This document shows positions 20,921 to 22,166 of a DNA stretch of 22,166 bases, in pieces. Both the position numbers and the translations under genes were made by a program. A model generated the notes under the pieces. The model worked only from the letters and a program-made list of their open reading frames with translations, did not search any database and was not told the origin of the DNA. Positions within the stretch are counted from its first letter, which is position 1. Every line of letters begins with the position of its first letter. Location: the IMG/VR virus record IMGVR_UViG_3300044971_003869; one strand, given 5' to 3'. The DNA is from a virus.

Positions 20921-21508
20921 CTACTCATTATTCGCTATAAAATAACAACAGTCTGCTAAGTGAAAGATCGTAATTGTTCCACCTACATACAATTTTATGT
21001 CAGTATTTGGAAAATGTTTTTTAAATAGATCTAAAGTTAATGAATGTGGATGGCACTCGTTGATATCAGTATTGATTGGCTCAAATACTCTTACTTTTTT
21101 TGCTACTTTCTTAGACTTCTCTAAGCAAAGTTCTGGATCTATGGTGTGCTGTAAGAAGTTAATGAACCATACTTCATCAAAAACTTCATCAGAATCCCAT
21201 TCTTCAAATGGCTTAGTAAACGGGACTATGTTATATTGATTCCAGTGATTCTTTATTTCATCAGTGAAGTTGTCATATAAAGGTTCTACTCCAACTGTTG
21301 TGCCAGCTCCAGCAATAGCAGCCAGTGGGTAAGGACCACATCCAACTTCCAATATCTTTTTTCCAGATATATCTAAAATACTATCTTCAAAAAAATCAAA
21401 ATAAAAGTTTAAAAACCTATTTGCTTCTTCTATATTTGTCGACAATGCGTGAACATCTAACTCTGCTTTTTGAGCTTGGTTCCATCTATCTTGTGTTATC
21501 TTTTCCAT
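20921..21508 (-). CDS. class I SAM-dependent methyltransferase
   Basis: Motif I is ILEVGCGPYP, followed by the acidic strand GVEPL. It shares nt 21508 with the upstream gene's stop (TAATG-type junction). Confidence 0.68.
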   Translation of the reverse strand: MEKITQDRWNQAQKAELDVHALSTNIEEANRFLNFYFDFFEDSILDISGKKILEVGCGPYPLAAIAGAGTTVGVEPLYDNFTDEIKNHWNQYNIVPFTKPFEEWDSDEVFDEVWFINFLQHTIDPELCLEKSKKVAKKVRVFEPINTDINECHPHSLTLDLFKKHFPNTDIKLYVGGTITIFHLADCCYFIANNE

Positions 21509-22166
21509 TAAAACAAACTTTCTATTTTATTAAGGAATTCTTGAGCTACATGATAGTAGGTTCCTTTTTCCTTTGCGTACTTTATTCCAAGAACTTGCTT
21601 TGCTAGTCTTTCTTTTTCATTTTTTGAATAAAGTTCTACTGCAGATTCTAAATGATCATAATTCTCCACGTATACCACAACCCCATCAGTAGCTTCTTCC
21701 GCCACTTTACAGTCCGATACTACAACACATCCGTATGCTAGCCCTTCAAATATTCTTTCAGTAGGAAGACCTAGCTTAGCATTTGAATCTGAGTTAAAAC
21801 CAAGTGATATCTTAGAAGATAAAAATCCGTTGTTAATTCTAGATTCTTCATCTAGTGTTGGCCAATAATAATGTACAAAGCAGTTGTATTTTTGAGAGAG
21901 TTGGTTAGTCCATTCCTCTTTATATCTAGCACCTACATAACCACAATCATATATATTGTTTCTTTTTTCCATTAAAGAATCTATTTCAAATGGATTAATA
22001 TCTGCAGAAAATGGTAACTTTACATAATTCTCTAAACCGGTGTACCAATCAATTAGGCCACCCCAATGGTTTCTTAAATCATCAGTAATATTTCTGTAAT
22101 GTTCACCAGTAAAGATATATTTTTTAAATGGAAAATCTATAGATTTGTCTAAATAATTTAACTTAT
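21508..22166 (-). CDS. GT-B type glycosyltransferase (CgeB/Glyco_trans_1_2-like), 5'-truncated by the window edge
   Basis: The frame stays open upstream of the track's Met at 21972 as far as nt 22166 (hand translation ...FTGEHYRNITDDLRNHWGGLIDWYTGLENYVKLPFSADINPFEIDSL-MEKR...). PTERIFEGLAYGCVVVSD is a typical GT-B C-terminal motif. Confidence 0.6.
   Translation of the reverse strand, partial: KLNYLDKSIDFPFKKYIFTGEHYRNITDDLRNHWGGLIDWYTGLENYVKLPFSADINPFEIDSLMEKRNNIYDCGYVGARYKEEWTNQLSQKYNCFVHYYWPTLDEESRINNGFLSSKISLGFNSDSNAKLGLPTERIFEGLAYGCVVVSDCKVAEEATDGVVVYVENYDHLESAVELYSKNEKERLAKQVLGIKYAKEKGTYYHVAQEFLNKIESLF

Overview
The window reads as a low-GC tailed-phage (or prophage) genome segment; the host cannot be determined from the sequence. 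The left 6.4 kb consists of short cassettes that alternate in strand. They encode small zinc-ribbon proteins, a tRNA-Gly(UCC), an RmlB-like dTDP-glucose 4,6-dehydratase, an HExxH protein, two tandem HiPIP-like Cys proteins and a P4H-type 2OG-Fe(II) oxygenase. From 6418 to the right edge everything lies on the minus strand. In transcription order it holds: a tightly overlapping 8-gene glycan-building operon (GT-B, 2 methyltransferases, GT2, GDP-mannose 3,5-epimerase, GT11, GT25); a lysis-like cassette (LAS/M15 peptidase plus membrane proteins plus terminator); an 807-aa secreted mucin-like mosaic protein; a holin-like gene; an 888-aa tail fibre; a frame-disrupted FN3/glycine-rich fibre-associated gene; an orphan gene; and a short fibre that shares its tip module with the long one. 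An 8-nt motif, RTTACTAT, recurs upstream of minus-strand starts and is a candidate promoter. No CRISPR array, integrase or transposase is visible. All homology calls rest on remembered family motifs, not on database searches.
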